Assembly: GCA_963748815.1 (NCBI GenBank)
Contig: CAVVKJ010000017.1
Span: 63,567 to 127,566 of the forward strand
Direction: 5' to 3'
DNA length: 64,000 nt
Origin: an uncultured Gemmatimonadales bacterium
Lineage (GTDB): Bacteria; Gemmatimonadota; Gemmatimonadetes; Gemmatimonadales; GWC2-71-9
Shown: positions 39,345 to 51,677 of the stretch, piece by piece
Layout: the number at the start of each line of letters is the position of its first letter
Numbering within the stretch: the stretch's first letter is position 1
Notes under the pieces: generated by a model
Database searches by the model: none
What the model was told of the DNA's origin: nothing
Seen by the model: the letters and a program-made list of their open reading frames with translations, nothing else
Position numbers and translations under genes: made by a program

Positions 39345-40292
39345 ATGCGTCGCGTCGGCGTCATCGGGACGATGGTCTGGGACGTGATCCACGGACGCGA
39401 CCCGGTGGGACCGCCGACCGAGGAGTGGGGCGGCATTGCGTACGCGCTCTCGGGAATGGACGCGGCGCTGGACGAGGGCTGGGAAATCGTTCCCCTGGTT
39501 CGCGTGGGCCGGGACCTGGCTCCCGAGGCGGGCGAATTCCTCCGTGGCCTCTCCCGGCTGGCCCCGGGGGCGCGCTGCATCGAGGTGCCGGCGCCCAACA
39601 ACCGGGTGGTGCTGCGCTACCAGTCGGCGGAGCGGCGCTGTGAGCGGATGCAAGGCGGCGTACCGGGATGGACCTGGCCCGAGCTGGGCCCGCTGGTGGC
39701 CGATCTTGACGCCCTGTACGTGAACTTCATTTCCGGATTCGAAATGTGTCTCGGCACCGCCCAGGCATTGCGGCACGGCTTCCGAGGCCCCATCTATGCG
39801 GATCTGCACAGCCTCTTTCTCGGGATGCAGCGCGATGGCATGCGCACGCTTCAGCCGCTGCCCGACGCCCCCTCCTGGTTCGGATGCTTCGATGCAATCC
39901 AGGTCAATGAGGACGAAATGCACCAGCTCTCACCCGATCCGATGGGACTCTCCGCAGCCGCGCTCGGCGCCGGGGTGTCGCTGCTGCTGGTGACGCTCGG
40001 ATCGCGCGGGACCGCCTACGTCGCCGCGCCCGGCTTCGACGGGTGGAATCGGGACGGCTCGACCGCCGGCCAATCGGTCCGGACCGCCCTGGTGGGCACC
40101 CCGGCGGTCGATGCCCTCGATCCGACCGGCTGCGGCGATGTCTTCGGCGCAGCGTGCTGCGCCCGCCTGCTGGCGGGCGTCCCGGTGACGGATGCCATTC
40201 GCGACGCCAACGGACTCGCGGCGCGGAACGCCGCGTATCGGGGCGCCGGGGGGCTGGTCCGCCATCTCCGAGGGGAACTGGTGGCGCCGTGA
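39345..40292 (+). CDS. PfkB-family carbohydrate kinase
   Basis: WGG..Y; QVNEDE; VTLG.RG; DPTGCGDVF. Confidence 0.85.
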   Translation: MRRVGVIGTMVWDVIHGRDPVGPPTEEWGGIAYALSGMDAALDEGWEIVPLVRVGRDLAPEAGEFLRGLSRLAPGARCIEVPAPNNRVVLRYQSAERRCERMQGGVPGWTWPELGPLVADLDALYVNFISGFEMCLGTAQALRHGFRGPIYADLHSLFLGMQRDGMRTLQPLPDAPSWFGCFDAIQVNEDEMHQLSPDPMGLSAAALGAGVSLLLVTLGSRGTAYVAAPGFDGWNRDGSTAGQSVRTALVGTPAVDALDPTGCGDVFGAACCARLLAGVPVTDAIRDANGLAARNAAYRGAGGLVRHLRGELVAP

Positions 40293-41191
40293 CCCGAATC
40301 ACCGAGGTCCCCGCCTACTTCGACGACAAGTCGTTCGACCATTTCGCGCAGGGCTTCGGCGCCTGGCCGCCGGAAGAACGGATGCTCTTCGACGCCCGCG
40401 CGGCCACCTGGGCCTCTCCCTACGGCCTGATCGGCATGCTGACCGCCGGCCAGGCATTGCGGGAAGCCCACTGCGAGAAGCCGCTGTTTACTGTCCCGGC
40501 CAGCGACGACGTCCGCCGGTACTGGGCCAAGACGGGGTTCTTCCGGCACGCCGCCGACCTCTTCGAGATCCACGGCAAGGTGCCCCGGGTGGCCGCGAGC
40601 GAGGATGCCGACCACCTGCTCGACATCACGCCGGTCGGGGCCTCCGAGGACGTGCACCAGGTGGTCGGGCGCATCCAGGAGCGGGCCGCGCGGATGCTCA
40701 GCACCGAACTCGGGCTCGAGGCGAAGGCCACGATGGGATTCGCGATGGCGCTTTCGGAGGCGTGTCAGAATATTGTGGAGCACGCCGGCACCTCCGGGTG
40801 GGTGGCGGTGCATCTGTATAACTTCCGGAAGCGGCTGGGGCGGCGGGTCATCGTGATTGCGGTCAGCGACGCGGGGCTCGGGTTCCGCCGGTCGCTGGAA
40901 GCCACCCAGGCCAAGCGGTTCGGCGACCGCTGGGGCGACGCCGCTGCGCTCGAGGCAGCGCTGATCCAGGGGGTCAGCCGATTCCGGGATCCGGGCCGCG
41001 GGCAGGGCCTGGCGGGCATCAAGCGGTATCTTAGCCGGTGGGACGGGAAGATCTCCATTCGTAGCGGGACGGCGCGCCTGTCGATCGTGCCCAAGTGGGA
41101 CGACGACGTCCCCCTCGCGGAAAATCTCCCGTTCTTCCCCGGCTCCCAGGTCCAGGTGGTCATCCCGGCCCAGGAAGGAGGCGCCCGATGA
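40289..41191 (+). CDS. STAS-like + GHKL (HATPase_c) protein, anti-sigma/Ser-kinase-like
   Basis: N box ALSEACQNIVEHAG, G1 AVSDAGLGF, G2 RGQGLAGI; no H-box or sensor domain seen. Confidence 0.8.
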   Translation: MTRITEVPAYFDDKSFDHFAQGFGAWPPEERMLFDARAATWASPYGLIGMLTAGQALREAHCEKPLFTVPASDDVRRYWAKTGFFRHAADLFEIHGKVPRVAASEDADHLLDITPVGASEDVHQVVGRIQERAARMLSTELGLEAKATMGFAMALSEACQNIVEHAGTSGWVAVHLYNFRKRLGRRVIVIAVSDAGLGFRRSLEATQAKRFGDRWGDAAALEAALIQGVSRFRDPGRGQGLAGIKRYLSRWDGKISIRSGTARLSIVPKWDDDVPLAENLPFFPGSQVQVVIPAQEGGAR

Positions 41192-41727
41192 TCCAGACGA
41201 TTCCCCTCGGCCGCGTCCTCAAGGAGACGGTCTCCACCCCCTATCGTGATCTCGTCACCCGTCCGACCGGCGCCGCCGTGCGGGGGTGGATCCAGAAGGC
41301 CATTGCCGGCTCCGACGCCCCCACGACCATGCTCGACTTCACCGAGGTCGGGCTCCTCGACTTCAGCTGTGCCGATGAAATCGTCGCCAAGCTCCTCCTC
41401 GACACCGACCCCGGCACCGATCGCTACGTGATGCTGCTGGGCACCCGGGAGGACCACACCGAGGCCATCGACCACGTGCTGAACCATCACGCGCTCGCCA
41501 TCGCGGTGGTCACCTCGCCCGACGAGCCGCCGCTCCTGCTGGGCCGGGTCACGCCGGAACTGCAGCGGGTCTTTCACTGCGTCTTCCGGCTCGGCCCCGG
41601 CGACGCCGGCAGCATCGCCGACACCCTGGGGTGGACCCTGGAGCGGGCAGCCGACGCGCTGCTCACCCTGTCGCTGCTGCGGCTGCTGCGCGCCGAGGCC
41701 GGCACCTTTCACCCCCTCCCCCGATGA
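41188..41727 (+). CDS. STAS-like + winged-HTH protein
   Basis: LDFTEVGLLDFSCADEIV resembles the STAS phospho-Ser loop; C-terminal IADTLGWTLERAADALLTL...L..AEAGTF is wHTH-like. Confidence 0.7.
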   Translation: MIQTIPLGRVLKETVSTPYRDLVTRPTGAAVRGWIQKAIAGSDAPTTMLDFTEVGLLDFSCADEIVAKLLLDTDPGTDRYVMLLGTREDHTEAIDHVLNHHALAIAVVTSPDEPPLLLGRVTPELQRVFHCVFRLGPGDAGSIADTLGWTLERAADALLTLSLLRLLRAEAGTFHPLPR

Positions 41728-42878
41728 CGCCTAAACGCCCCGGTCCTTCCACGCTGTCGATTCACGGCATCCCGCACCGCCGCGCCGACTGGACGCCGGT
41801 GGTCAGCCCCGTGGTCCAGAGCACCACCTTCGTGAACCCGGTTGGATCGAGCGAAGAGGTGCTCTACACCCGGTACGGCAACAACCCGAACCAGGTGGAT
41901 CTCGCGCGGAAGTATGCGCTGCTCGAGGGGGCGGAGGCGGCGGTGTTCCTCTCCAGCGGCATGGGCGCCACCGCGCTGGCCCACCTGGCGGTCCTGCGGC
42001 CCGGCGACCACCTCCTGGCCAGCGAGTGGATCTACGGCGGCACCCGGCGGCTCTTCGACGACGAGCTGGGGCGGTTCGGGATCGAGGTGTCCTACGTCGA
42101 CCCGACGCAGCATCGCCTCTGGCGGAAGTCGGTGCGCAAGTCGACCCGCGCCATCTTCGTCGAGACGCCGACCAACCCGACCCTCCGGATCATCGACCTC
42201 GCGCCCATCGCGCAGGTGACGAAGGAGTTCGGGCTGGCACTGCTGGTGGACGCCACCTTCGCGAGCCCGATCAACCTGCGGGCCATCGAGCACGGCGCCG
42301 ATGTGGTCATCAGCAGCGCCACCAAGTACCTCAACGGCCACAGCGACGTCATCGCGGGCGCCGTGGCCGGCTCCGCCTCATTCATCGAGGAAGTGACCCG
42401 CCTGATGCGGCTCTGGGGCCAGTCGATCGATCCGCACGCCGCCTGGCTGGTGGAACGCGGGCTCCGGACCCTGGCCGTGCGCATGGACCGCCACAACCTC
42501 AACGGCATGGCGGTGGCCGAATGGGCGGCGGCACAGCCGGAGTTCGCCGCGGTGCACTACCCGGGCCTTCCCGCGCACCCGGACCACGCCTATGCCCGGA
42601 CGGTGCTGCAGGGGTTCGGCGGCATGGTGGGCCTCCAGCTCAAGGGCGGGGTCCGCGCCGCGGAGCGTTTCCTCAAGAAGCTGAAGATGGTGGCCCACGC
42701 CCCGAGCCTCGCGGGGGTGGAGAGCCTGATCTCGGAGCCCCGGCTGACGTCGCACAAGGGGCTCGCGCCCGACGACCGGACCCGGATCGGCATCCCCGAT
42801 GGCTTCCTCCGGCTGAGCTGCGGCATCGAGGATGCCGCCGATATCATCGGCGATCTGGAGCAGGCCTTGGGGAGGTAG
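41724..42878 (+). CDS. PLP-dependent trans-sulfuration enzyme (cystathionine gamma-synthase/methionine gamma-lyase family)
   Basis: YTRYGNNPN, SSGMGA, ETPTNP, DATFASP, SATKYLNGHSD, RLSCGIED. Confidence 0.92.
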   Translation: MTPKRPGPSTLSIHGIPHRRADWTPVVSPVVQSTTFVNPVGSSEEVLYTRYGNNPNQVDLARKYALLEGAEAAVFLSSGMGATALAHLAVLRPGDHLLASEWIYGGTRRLFDDELGRFGIEVSYVDPTQHRLWRKSVRKSTRAIFVETPTNPTLRIIDLAPIAQVTKEFGLALLVDATFASPINLRAIEHGADVVISSATKYLNGHSDVIAGAVAGSASFIEEVTRLMRLWGQSIDPHAAWLVERGLRTLAVRMDRHNLNGMAVAEWAAAQPEFAAVHYPGLPAHPDHAYARTVLQGFGGMVGLQLKGGVRAAERFLKKLKMVAHAPSLAGVESLISEPRLTSHKGLAPDDRTRIGIPDGFLRLSCGIEDAADIIGDLEQALGR

Positions 42879-42891
42879 TTATCTTCCAGCC

Positions 42892-43584
42892 GTGATTCGA
42901 TTTACGCAGGTTTCGATGGCCTACCCCCGTGGCGGTATGGCCGTAAAGGATCTCTCCTTCCGCATCGCGAAGGGGGAGTTCGTCTTTCTGACCGGCCACT
43001 CCGGCGCCGGGAAGTCCACGATTCTCAAGCTCATCTCCGCCGACCAGCGCCCGACCCACGGGGAACTCCGCGTGTCGGGCTTCTCGATCAGCGAGCTGAC
43101 GGCGCGCGAGGTGCCGAAGCTGCGGCGCCGGCTCGGCATCGTCTTCCAGGACTTCCGGCTGCTGCAGGACCGGACGGCGGAGGAGAACGTGGCCTTCGCG
43201 CTGGAGGTGACCGGCGCCCGGCCCGACACGATCCCGACGCGGGTGCACCGGGTGCTGACGCAGGTGGGGCTCGCCTCGCGCGGCCGAGCTTACCCCACCG
43301 AACTCTCGGGCGGCGAGCAGCAGCGCATCGCGATCGCCCGCGCCCTCGTCAACGATCCGCCCATCCTCCTGGCCGATGAACCCACCGGCAACCTCGACGA
43401 GCGCTCCTCGCGCGGCGTCTTCCAGCTCCTGCGCGACATCAACACCGGCGGCACCTGTGTCGTGATGGCCACCCATGAGCTGGCGCTGGTGCGGCAGACG
43501 CAGTACCGCGTCCTCGAGATGCGGGAGGGCTCCCTGGTCTTCGACAGCGCCGAAGAGCGCATCGCCACCGAGGGGATCTCGTGA
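42892..43584 (+). CDS. ftsE: Cell division ATP-binding protein FtsE
   Basis: FLTGHSGAGKST, GIVFQDFRLL, LSGGEQQR, ADEPTGNLD; upstream of ftsX. Confidence 0.95.
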   Translation: MIRFTQVSMAYPRGGMAVKDLSFRIAKGEFVFLTGHSGAGKSTILKLISADQRPTHGELRVSGFSISELTAREVPKLRRRLGIVFQDFRLLQDRTAEENVAFALEVTGARPDTIPTRVHRVLTQVGLASRGRAYPTELSGGEQQRIAIARALVNDPPILLADEPTGNLDERSSRGVFQLLRDINTGGTCVVMATHELALVRQTQYRVLEMREGSLVFDSAEERIATEGIS

Positions 43585-44450
43585 GCCTCCTCACCCGCGA
43601 AACCATCCGGTCGTTCCGCCGCGCCCCGGCCCTCTCGGCGCTCTCGATCACCACTATCGCCTTCTCGCTGTTTACGGTGGGGCTCTTCGGGCTGGTCGCG
43701 GTCAACATGCAGGAAGCGCTGCGGGGCATCAGCAACCGGGTCGAGATCGAGGCGTTCCTCCTGCGGGGAACGCCGCCCGAGACGATCACTCTCGCCTCCC
43801 AGGACATCGCGGCATTTCCCGAGGTGGAATCGGTCACCTACGTGGACGAGGACCAGGCGCTGCAGCGGGCCCAGCAGGAGCTGGTCGAGTTCAAGGACGC
43901 TTACCGCGACCTCCAGGTGAACCCGCTCCCCGCCTCGCTCCAGGTGGCGCTGAAGGAGGAGTTCCGCGACGCGTCGAACGCGACCGCCGTGGCCAAGCGG
44001 ATCGAGGGCTTTTCCTTCGTGGATGACGTGCGCTTCGGGCGGGAGTGGATCGAGCGGCTGGACCGGCTCCGCAACCTGGCGGGGTTCGTCGGGCTGGTCA
44101 TCGGGCTGGCCTTCGCGGCGGTGGCGGTGGTGATCATCGGCGTCACGATCCGGATGACGGTCCTGCAGCGGGCCCGGGAAATTTCCATCATGCGTCTGGT
44201 GGGTGCCACGGACGCCTTCATCCGCGGGCCCTTCCTGCTCGACGGCGCCCTCAAGGGATTCCTGGGTGGTGTGCTGGCCATCCTCCTCAGCCGGGCGGCG
44301 TTCGAGCTCTTCCGCCGGAACAGCACCACCGGCATGCACACGCTGCTCTTTTTCGAGCCGAAACATCTGCTGCTCGGCGTCCTCTTCGGCGTGGCCATCG
44401 GGCTCGGGGGCAGCCTCGTGAGCGTCGGGCGGCACTTGAGGAATGTGTAG
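43581..44450 (+). CDS. ftsX: Cell division permease FtsX
   Basis: NPLPAS, EISIMRLVGAT..FIR.PF..G; four TM helices. Confidence 0.93.
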   Translation: MSLLTRETIRSFRRAPALSALSITTIAFSLFTVGLFGLVAVNMQEALRGISNRVEIEAFLLRGTPPETITLASQDIAAFPEVESVTYVDEDQALQRAQQELVEFKDAYRDLQVNPLPASLQVALKEEFRDASNATAVAKRIEGFSFVDDVRFGREWIERLDRLRNLAGFVGLVIGLAFAAVAVVIIGVTIRMTVLQRAREISIMRLVGATDAFIRGPFLLDGALKGFLGGVLAILLSRAAFELFRRNSTTGMHTLLFFEPKHLLLGVLFGVAIGLGGSLVSVGRHLRNV

Positions 44451-45675
44451 GACGAGCGGCGGGGAAGCGGGGAAGCGGGGAAGCCTGGCCCAGCTCGGCC
44501 CTCCTCGCGGTGCTGGTCCTCGGCGCGGCAGGCCCCCTGCACGCGCAGGGGGGAACGACGGAGCTGCAGCGGAGCCGGCAGCGGCTCGACTCGATCCGAC
44601 AGGAGCGGCAGCGGCTCGAGGCGCAACAGGAACGGCTCCAGGGCCAGGTCCGCGACGTCAACGCCGACCTCCGCAACATCGAGCGCCAGCGCGAGACCAC
44701 CAACCGCATCGTCAACGAAATCGAGTCGCAGCTGGCCGGGCTCAACAGCGAGCTGGGGCGGGTCAGCGGCGAACTCGCGCTCGCCGAGGACAACCTCGAG
44801 GAGAAACGCGCGGTGCTGGAGCGTCGGCTGATCGACATCTACAAGCGCGGCCGGATGTACACCTTCCAGGCGCTCCTCGCCGCGGAGTCGTTCGGCGACC
44901 TGCTGGCCCGGTACAAGTACCTCTACCTCACCAACCGCCAGGACCAGGCCCTGATGCACGACGTCGAGGCGCTCAACGCCCGGGTCCGGCGCCAGCGCAA
45001 CGATCTGCTCGGCATCCGCACGAGCCTCGGCAGCACCCGCGAGGATCGCGAGCGGGAGCTGAAGCGCTATGCCGATCTCGCCACGGCCCGGGCGCGCCGC
45101 CTCGCCGCAGCTCCAGCGCTCCGGCCAGGCCACCGAGGAGCGGCTGAGCACGCTGGAACGCGACGAGGCGCGACTGAACGAGCTGCTCGCCGCGCTCGAA
45201 CGCGCCAGCCGCAACGCCGCCGCCTCCGGCGGCGCGCCCGATCCCGGGCGGACTGACGACCGAGGACATCGGCAAGCTCGACTGGCCGGTGAACGGCCGG
45301 GTGGTCTACAACTTCGGGCGCACCACGCTGCCGAGCGGCGTCGTGGTGCGGTGGAACGGGATCGGGATCGGCGCGCCGGTGGGCACGCCGGTCAAGGCGG
45401 TGGAAAACGGGCGGGTCGAGCTGGTGCAGCGGATCGAGCACCTACGGGCTGACGGTGGTGGTTCAGCACGGCAACGGCTACCGCTCGCTCTACATGCAGC
45501 TGCAGGACGCGAGCGTCGCGGTGGGGCAGGACGTGACGCGGGGACAGGTGATCGGCACGGTCGGTGGAGCCAACTCGGAGCAGGGTCCCCACCTGCACTT
45601 CGAGATTCGCGAACTCCGTGGCAATAACTCCATCGCGCTCGACCCATCCGACCTGGCTTCGCCAACGGCGGCTAG
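44443..45675 (+). CDS. envC: Murein hydrolase activator EnvC-like (coiled coil + M23), several frameshifts
   Basis: Signal peptide and coiled coil (ORF 44045), LDWPVNG / WNGIGI.AP.GTPVKAV (ORF 45289), H.NGY.SLY / GPHLHFEIR (ORF 45455). Ends approximate. Confidence 0.75.
44459..44484 (+). repeat. Tandem octamer (GCGGGGAA)x3
   Basis: Read directly; the related (CCCCGCTG)x2 occurs at 35099-35114 on the other strand. Confidence 0.7.
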
Positions 45676-45681
45676 CCGCCC

Positions 45682-47135
45682 TCAGGCCGCCACGGAGTCC
45701 GCGGTGCCGATCCGCTCGTCGGTCTGGGCCTTGCCGCGGAGCAGCGCCGCCTCCACCAGGGCGAAGAGATCCTCGGTCTGGACGGCGGAGGGATGGGGAA
45801 AGGTCACGATCCCCGCGCTCAGCCGAGGACGATCCTCGGCGGGGAGTTCTGCAAATGGCGAGGCGAGAATCTGTTCGCGGACCCGCCAGACCGAGCGCCG
45901 CGCCCCCTCCATGTCCGTTTCCGGCAGGATCAGGGCAAACTCGTCGCCGCCATACCGTGACACGAAGTCGGGAGCGCGAAGCTGGCTCTGCAGGAGACGC
46001 CCCAGTTCCGCCAGGACGCGATCTCCCCCTCCTTGCCGAGTCGTTCGTTCAGCGACCGCAGCTGGTCCACGTCGAGCAGGATCAGGCTGAAGCTCAGGGC
46101 GTAGCGGCGAGCCCGCTCGAACTCCTCCCTGATGCGGCGGTCGAGCGCGTCGAGGGTTCCGCAGCCGGTCAACGGGTCGTGCGCCGACACGCCGGCCAGT
46201 CTGCGGTACATGGTGGACCGCCGTTCCTCCGTCTCGAGCACGCGCGCCGCGGCAGTGGTGATTGTTTCGGCGAATGCGACCTGTTCCGGGGCCAGGGGCG
46301 GATCGGAGCGCCGCGTGCGGAGCAGGAACACCCCCGCGATGTGGCCCTGCAGCGCCACCGGGATGGCCAGGACGCTCCGGACCTGGACGCGCACCTGCTC
46401 CTCGGCCCAGCGGGTTCGCGCCTCGGCGAAGAGGGGGTGGGTGTGGACGTCGGACACGAAGACCGGCTTTTCCGTGCGCACCGCTTCGAGCACTTCGGGG
46501 TAGCGGGAAAGGTCGACGGTCAGGTCGCGCAGCGTCGGGCTCTCGTGCACGGCGACGACTCGTCCGGTGGATTCCCCGGGCGGCGTCAGCAGGAACGAGC
46601 AGTGTGCCAGCTCGAGCGCGGAGCCCACGCGCCGCACCAGCGTCTGGATGATTTCGTCGGGCCGGATGGCGGTGGAGACTTCGGCGAAGATGTCGAACAT
46701 GAGCCCACTGACGCGGCGCTCCCGGCGGTGCGACTCGAGACTGACACGACCCCGCAGGCGCGCCTCGACCCGCGCACAGAGTTCGCCGAGGCTGACCGTC
46801 CCCGCCATGGCCTCGGCAGCGCCGAGCCGCAGGGCGGCCTGCACGCCGTCAGGCTGGTCGGTGGCCAGGAGGGCGAACAGCGGCACCTCGCGCCAGGCGC
46901 CGAGACGGAGGTGCTCGAGTTCGGCGGCGAATGACGCGCCGGCGTCGGGTACCGTAAGCAGGACGAGGTCGGGGAGTGATCCGGTGGGCGGGTCCTCGGG
47001 CAGCCGGTCGGACTCGAGGACCTGAAAGCCCCCGCGCACCAGGGCCCGCTCCAGGCCGTCAGGCCGGAGCGTCGGGTCGCCGAGCAACAGGACTCGTGGG
47101 TGGGCGAGGGCGCCACCCGGAGCGCGTTCAGTCAC
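45682..47135 (-). CDS. REC-like/GAF/GGDEF diguanylate cyclase, frameshift near 46025
   Basis: PDLVLL receiver-like region, GAF (SVLAIPV), DPLTG, DVD..R..N, SRYGGDEFALILPET. Confidence 0.87.
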
Positions 47136-47152
47136 GGAGAGTCAGTCGATCC

Positions 47153-48067
47153 ATGAATTCATCCCGTCCAGTTGCCGCGAAGAAGGCTGTGGCCCGCACA
47201 GACGAACGCCTTGGCGCCCACGTGTCCACCCAGGGCGGCGTGCAGACGGCACCCGCCCGGGGCGTCGACATCGGCGCCACGGCCATCCAGCTCTTTACCA
47301 AAACGCCCAACCAGTGGCGTGAACCGGTCCTCGACGAGGCGACCGTGACCGCGTTCCGGCGGGCGTACGAAGACAGTGGTATGAAAGGAGTTGTGGCGCA
47401 CGATTCGTACCTGATCAACCTCGCCTCCCCAGACCCTGCCCTAAGCGAGCGCTCCATCGCGTCTTTCGTAGCCGAACTGACTCGCTGCCACCTCCTCGGG
47501 CTCGACGGGGTGGTGTCGCACCCGGGCAACTACCTCGACGAACGAGAGGCGGGACTGCAACGGAATGCACGGGCCTGCGCCGAGGCCCTCCGGACTGCGC
47601 CCGGCGAGGTGATGGTGCTGCTGGAGACGACCGCCGGCACCGGCACCTCGCTCGGCAGCCGGTTCGAGGAGCTGGCCCAGCTGCGGGCGCTCATCCCGGA
47701 CGACCTCCGTCATCGGATCGGCTTCTGCGCCGACACGTGCCATATGTACTCTGCCGGCTACGATATTGCGAACGCGTACGACGCGGTCTGGGACGAGTGG
47801 GACCGGGTGATCGGCCTCGAGCACCTGCGCTGCTTCCACCTGAACGATTCGAAGACTCCCTTTGACTCCCACCGGGACCGCCACGAGCTCATCGCGGAGG
47901 GGTCGCTCGGGGCCGAACCGTTCCGCCGGATCATGCGGGACGAGCGGTTCCGGCACGTGATCAAGGTCCTCGAGACGCCCAAGGGGGACGACATGGTCAG
48001 CAACGACCGCCGGATGCTCAAGCGGCTTCGGGCGTACGGGCGGGGGGGCCAGAAGGCGGTTCGTTGA
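47153..48067 (+). CDS. nfo: Endonuclease IV
   Basis: GAHVS, HDSYLINLASP, HPG, LLETTAG, DTCH, HLNDSK, DRH, LETP. Confidence 0.95.
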   Translation: MNSSRPVAAKKAVARTDERLGAHVSTQGGVQTAPARGVDIGATAIQLFTKTPNQWREPVLDEATVTAFRRAYEDSGMKGVVAHDSYLINLASPDPALSERSIASFVAELTRCHLLGLDGVVSHPGNYLDEREAGLQRNARACAEALRTAPGEVMVLLETTAGTGTSLGSRFEELAQLRALIPDDLRHRIGFCADTCHMYSAGYDIANAYDAVWDEWDRVIGLEHLRCFHLNDSKTPFDSHRDRHELIAEGSLGAEPFRRIMRDERFRHVIKVLETPKGDDMVSNDRRMLKRLRAYGRGGQKAVR

Positions 48068-48099
48068 CTCAGCCCCGTCGGGGGGGCCATTTTTAGGGG

Positions 48100-48705
48100 A
48101 TGCAACTGAAATATGCGGTCTCCCTGGTAGCACTACTGACCCTGGCACAGGCCACCCCCGCGGCGGCCCAGGTCAGGGTCGCCGCGCTGGTTGGGGTGAC
48201 GGGCAGTTCGTCCCTCGTCAACGACCAGATCTTCCAGGAGATTGAGCTCAAGCCGGCCCTGGCGCCGACCTTCTTCCTGTCCGCCTCCCTCCCCGTCGCC
48301 ACCAAGCTCCGGGCGAGCCTCGACCTCAGCTACGGCAGCAGCAGCGCCGACCTGACCGAGAGCGGCGAGGCGGCGCAGGACCTCGGGTCGCTCGGCGTCC
48401 TGACCGCGGCGGCCGCGCTCGCCGGCCCGCTGTTCTCACGGCTCTCGTGGCGCCTCAGCCTGGGTGTGCTGCAGTACCTGCCCTCGGAGGAGACCGGAAT
48501 TTTCCGGGACGGCGTCCCGCTTGCCGCGCTCTTCGGCGCGGGGCTCGACTGGCGCCAGCCCCTGTCCGAGCGCTGGAGCGGCCTCATCGGCGTTCGTTAC
48601 GACTTTCACCTCTTCACCACCCCCGCCCTCGAGACCGCCGGCTTTTCCGGCTCACAGCAGGTCTCCCGGTTCGGGTTCGCGCTTGGCGCAGGTTGGGCTC
48701 CATGA
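48100..48705 (+). CDS. Putative outer-membrane beta-barrel protein
   Basis: Signal peptide (PAAA-Q), alternating beta-strand pattern, C-terminal aromatic GAGW. Confidence 0.6.
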   Translation: MQLKYAVSLVALLTLAQATPAAAQVRVAALVGVTGSSSLVNDQIFQEIELKPALAPTFFLSASLPVATKLRASLDLSYGSSSADLTESGEAAQDLGSLGVLTAAAALAGPLFSRLSWRLSLGVLQYLPSEETGIFRDGVPLAALFGAGLDWRQPLSERWSGLIGVRYDFHLFTTPALETAGFSGSQQVSRFGFALGAGWAP

Positions 48706-49345
48706 CCGCTCGTCGCTTCCTTCCGCTCGCCCTGGTGGCGGCCGCCGCCCTCTCCTGCTCCGAGGCCACGTCGCCGAGCCGGGTTCCCAGCTACGAGTGG
48801 CGGCTCTTCGTCCAGAACGACACCCTGAGTTTCCACTGGCCCGCCGATGCGCTGCCGGTCAAGATCTGGGTGGAGGACTCGCTCGACATGCCGGCGCGTG
48901 TCCAGGAAGCCATTGACGCCTGGACCGGGGTGTTCCTCTACGGTGAGTACACCGCCGTGCTGGTGGCGGACTCCTCGAGTGCGGACGTCGTGGTGCGGGT
49001 GACGAACGCCCCGCCGAAGTCGATCGCGACGGTCGACCGCCTCCACACCCTCTTCCCCGGCTGTGAAGGTGCCACGGACATCGACACCGTGAGTTCCCGG
49101 TTCGAGCTCCAGCTGCCGGTGCGGATGTACCTGGCCGCGCGGTACGACCCGGCCCAAGTCGACCTCACCGAGTGCTTCCACATCACGGCCCGCCACGAAC
49201 TCGGGCATTCGCTCGGGCTCTTCCAGCACACCAGCGACATCCGCGACATCATGTACGGCCAGCCGGAGGCCACCGAGCTGAGCGTCCGGGACATCAATAC
49301 CGCCCAGGTGCTGTCCCACTGGCCGGCCAATATGACCCCGACGCG

Positions 49346-49349
<4 letters not shown>
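48702..49349 (+). CDS. Matrixin (M10-like) zinc metalloprotease lipoprotein
   Basis: Lipobox ALSC; HELGHSLGLFQH plus the Met-turn DIMY. Confidence 0.85.
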
Positions 49350-51634
<2,285 letters not shown>

Positions 51635-51677
51635 TCACATACCCCAAGGAGGGGCGCCCCGCGCGCCCGGATTACCC

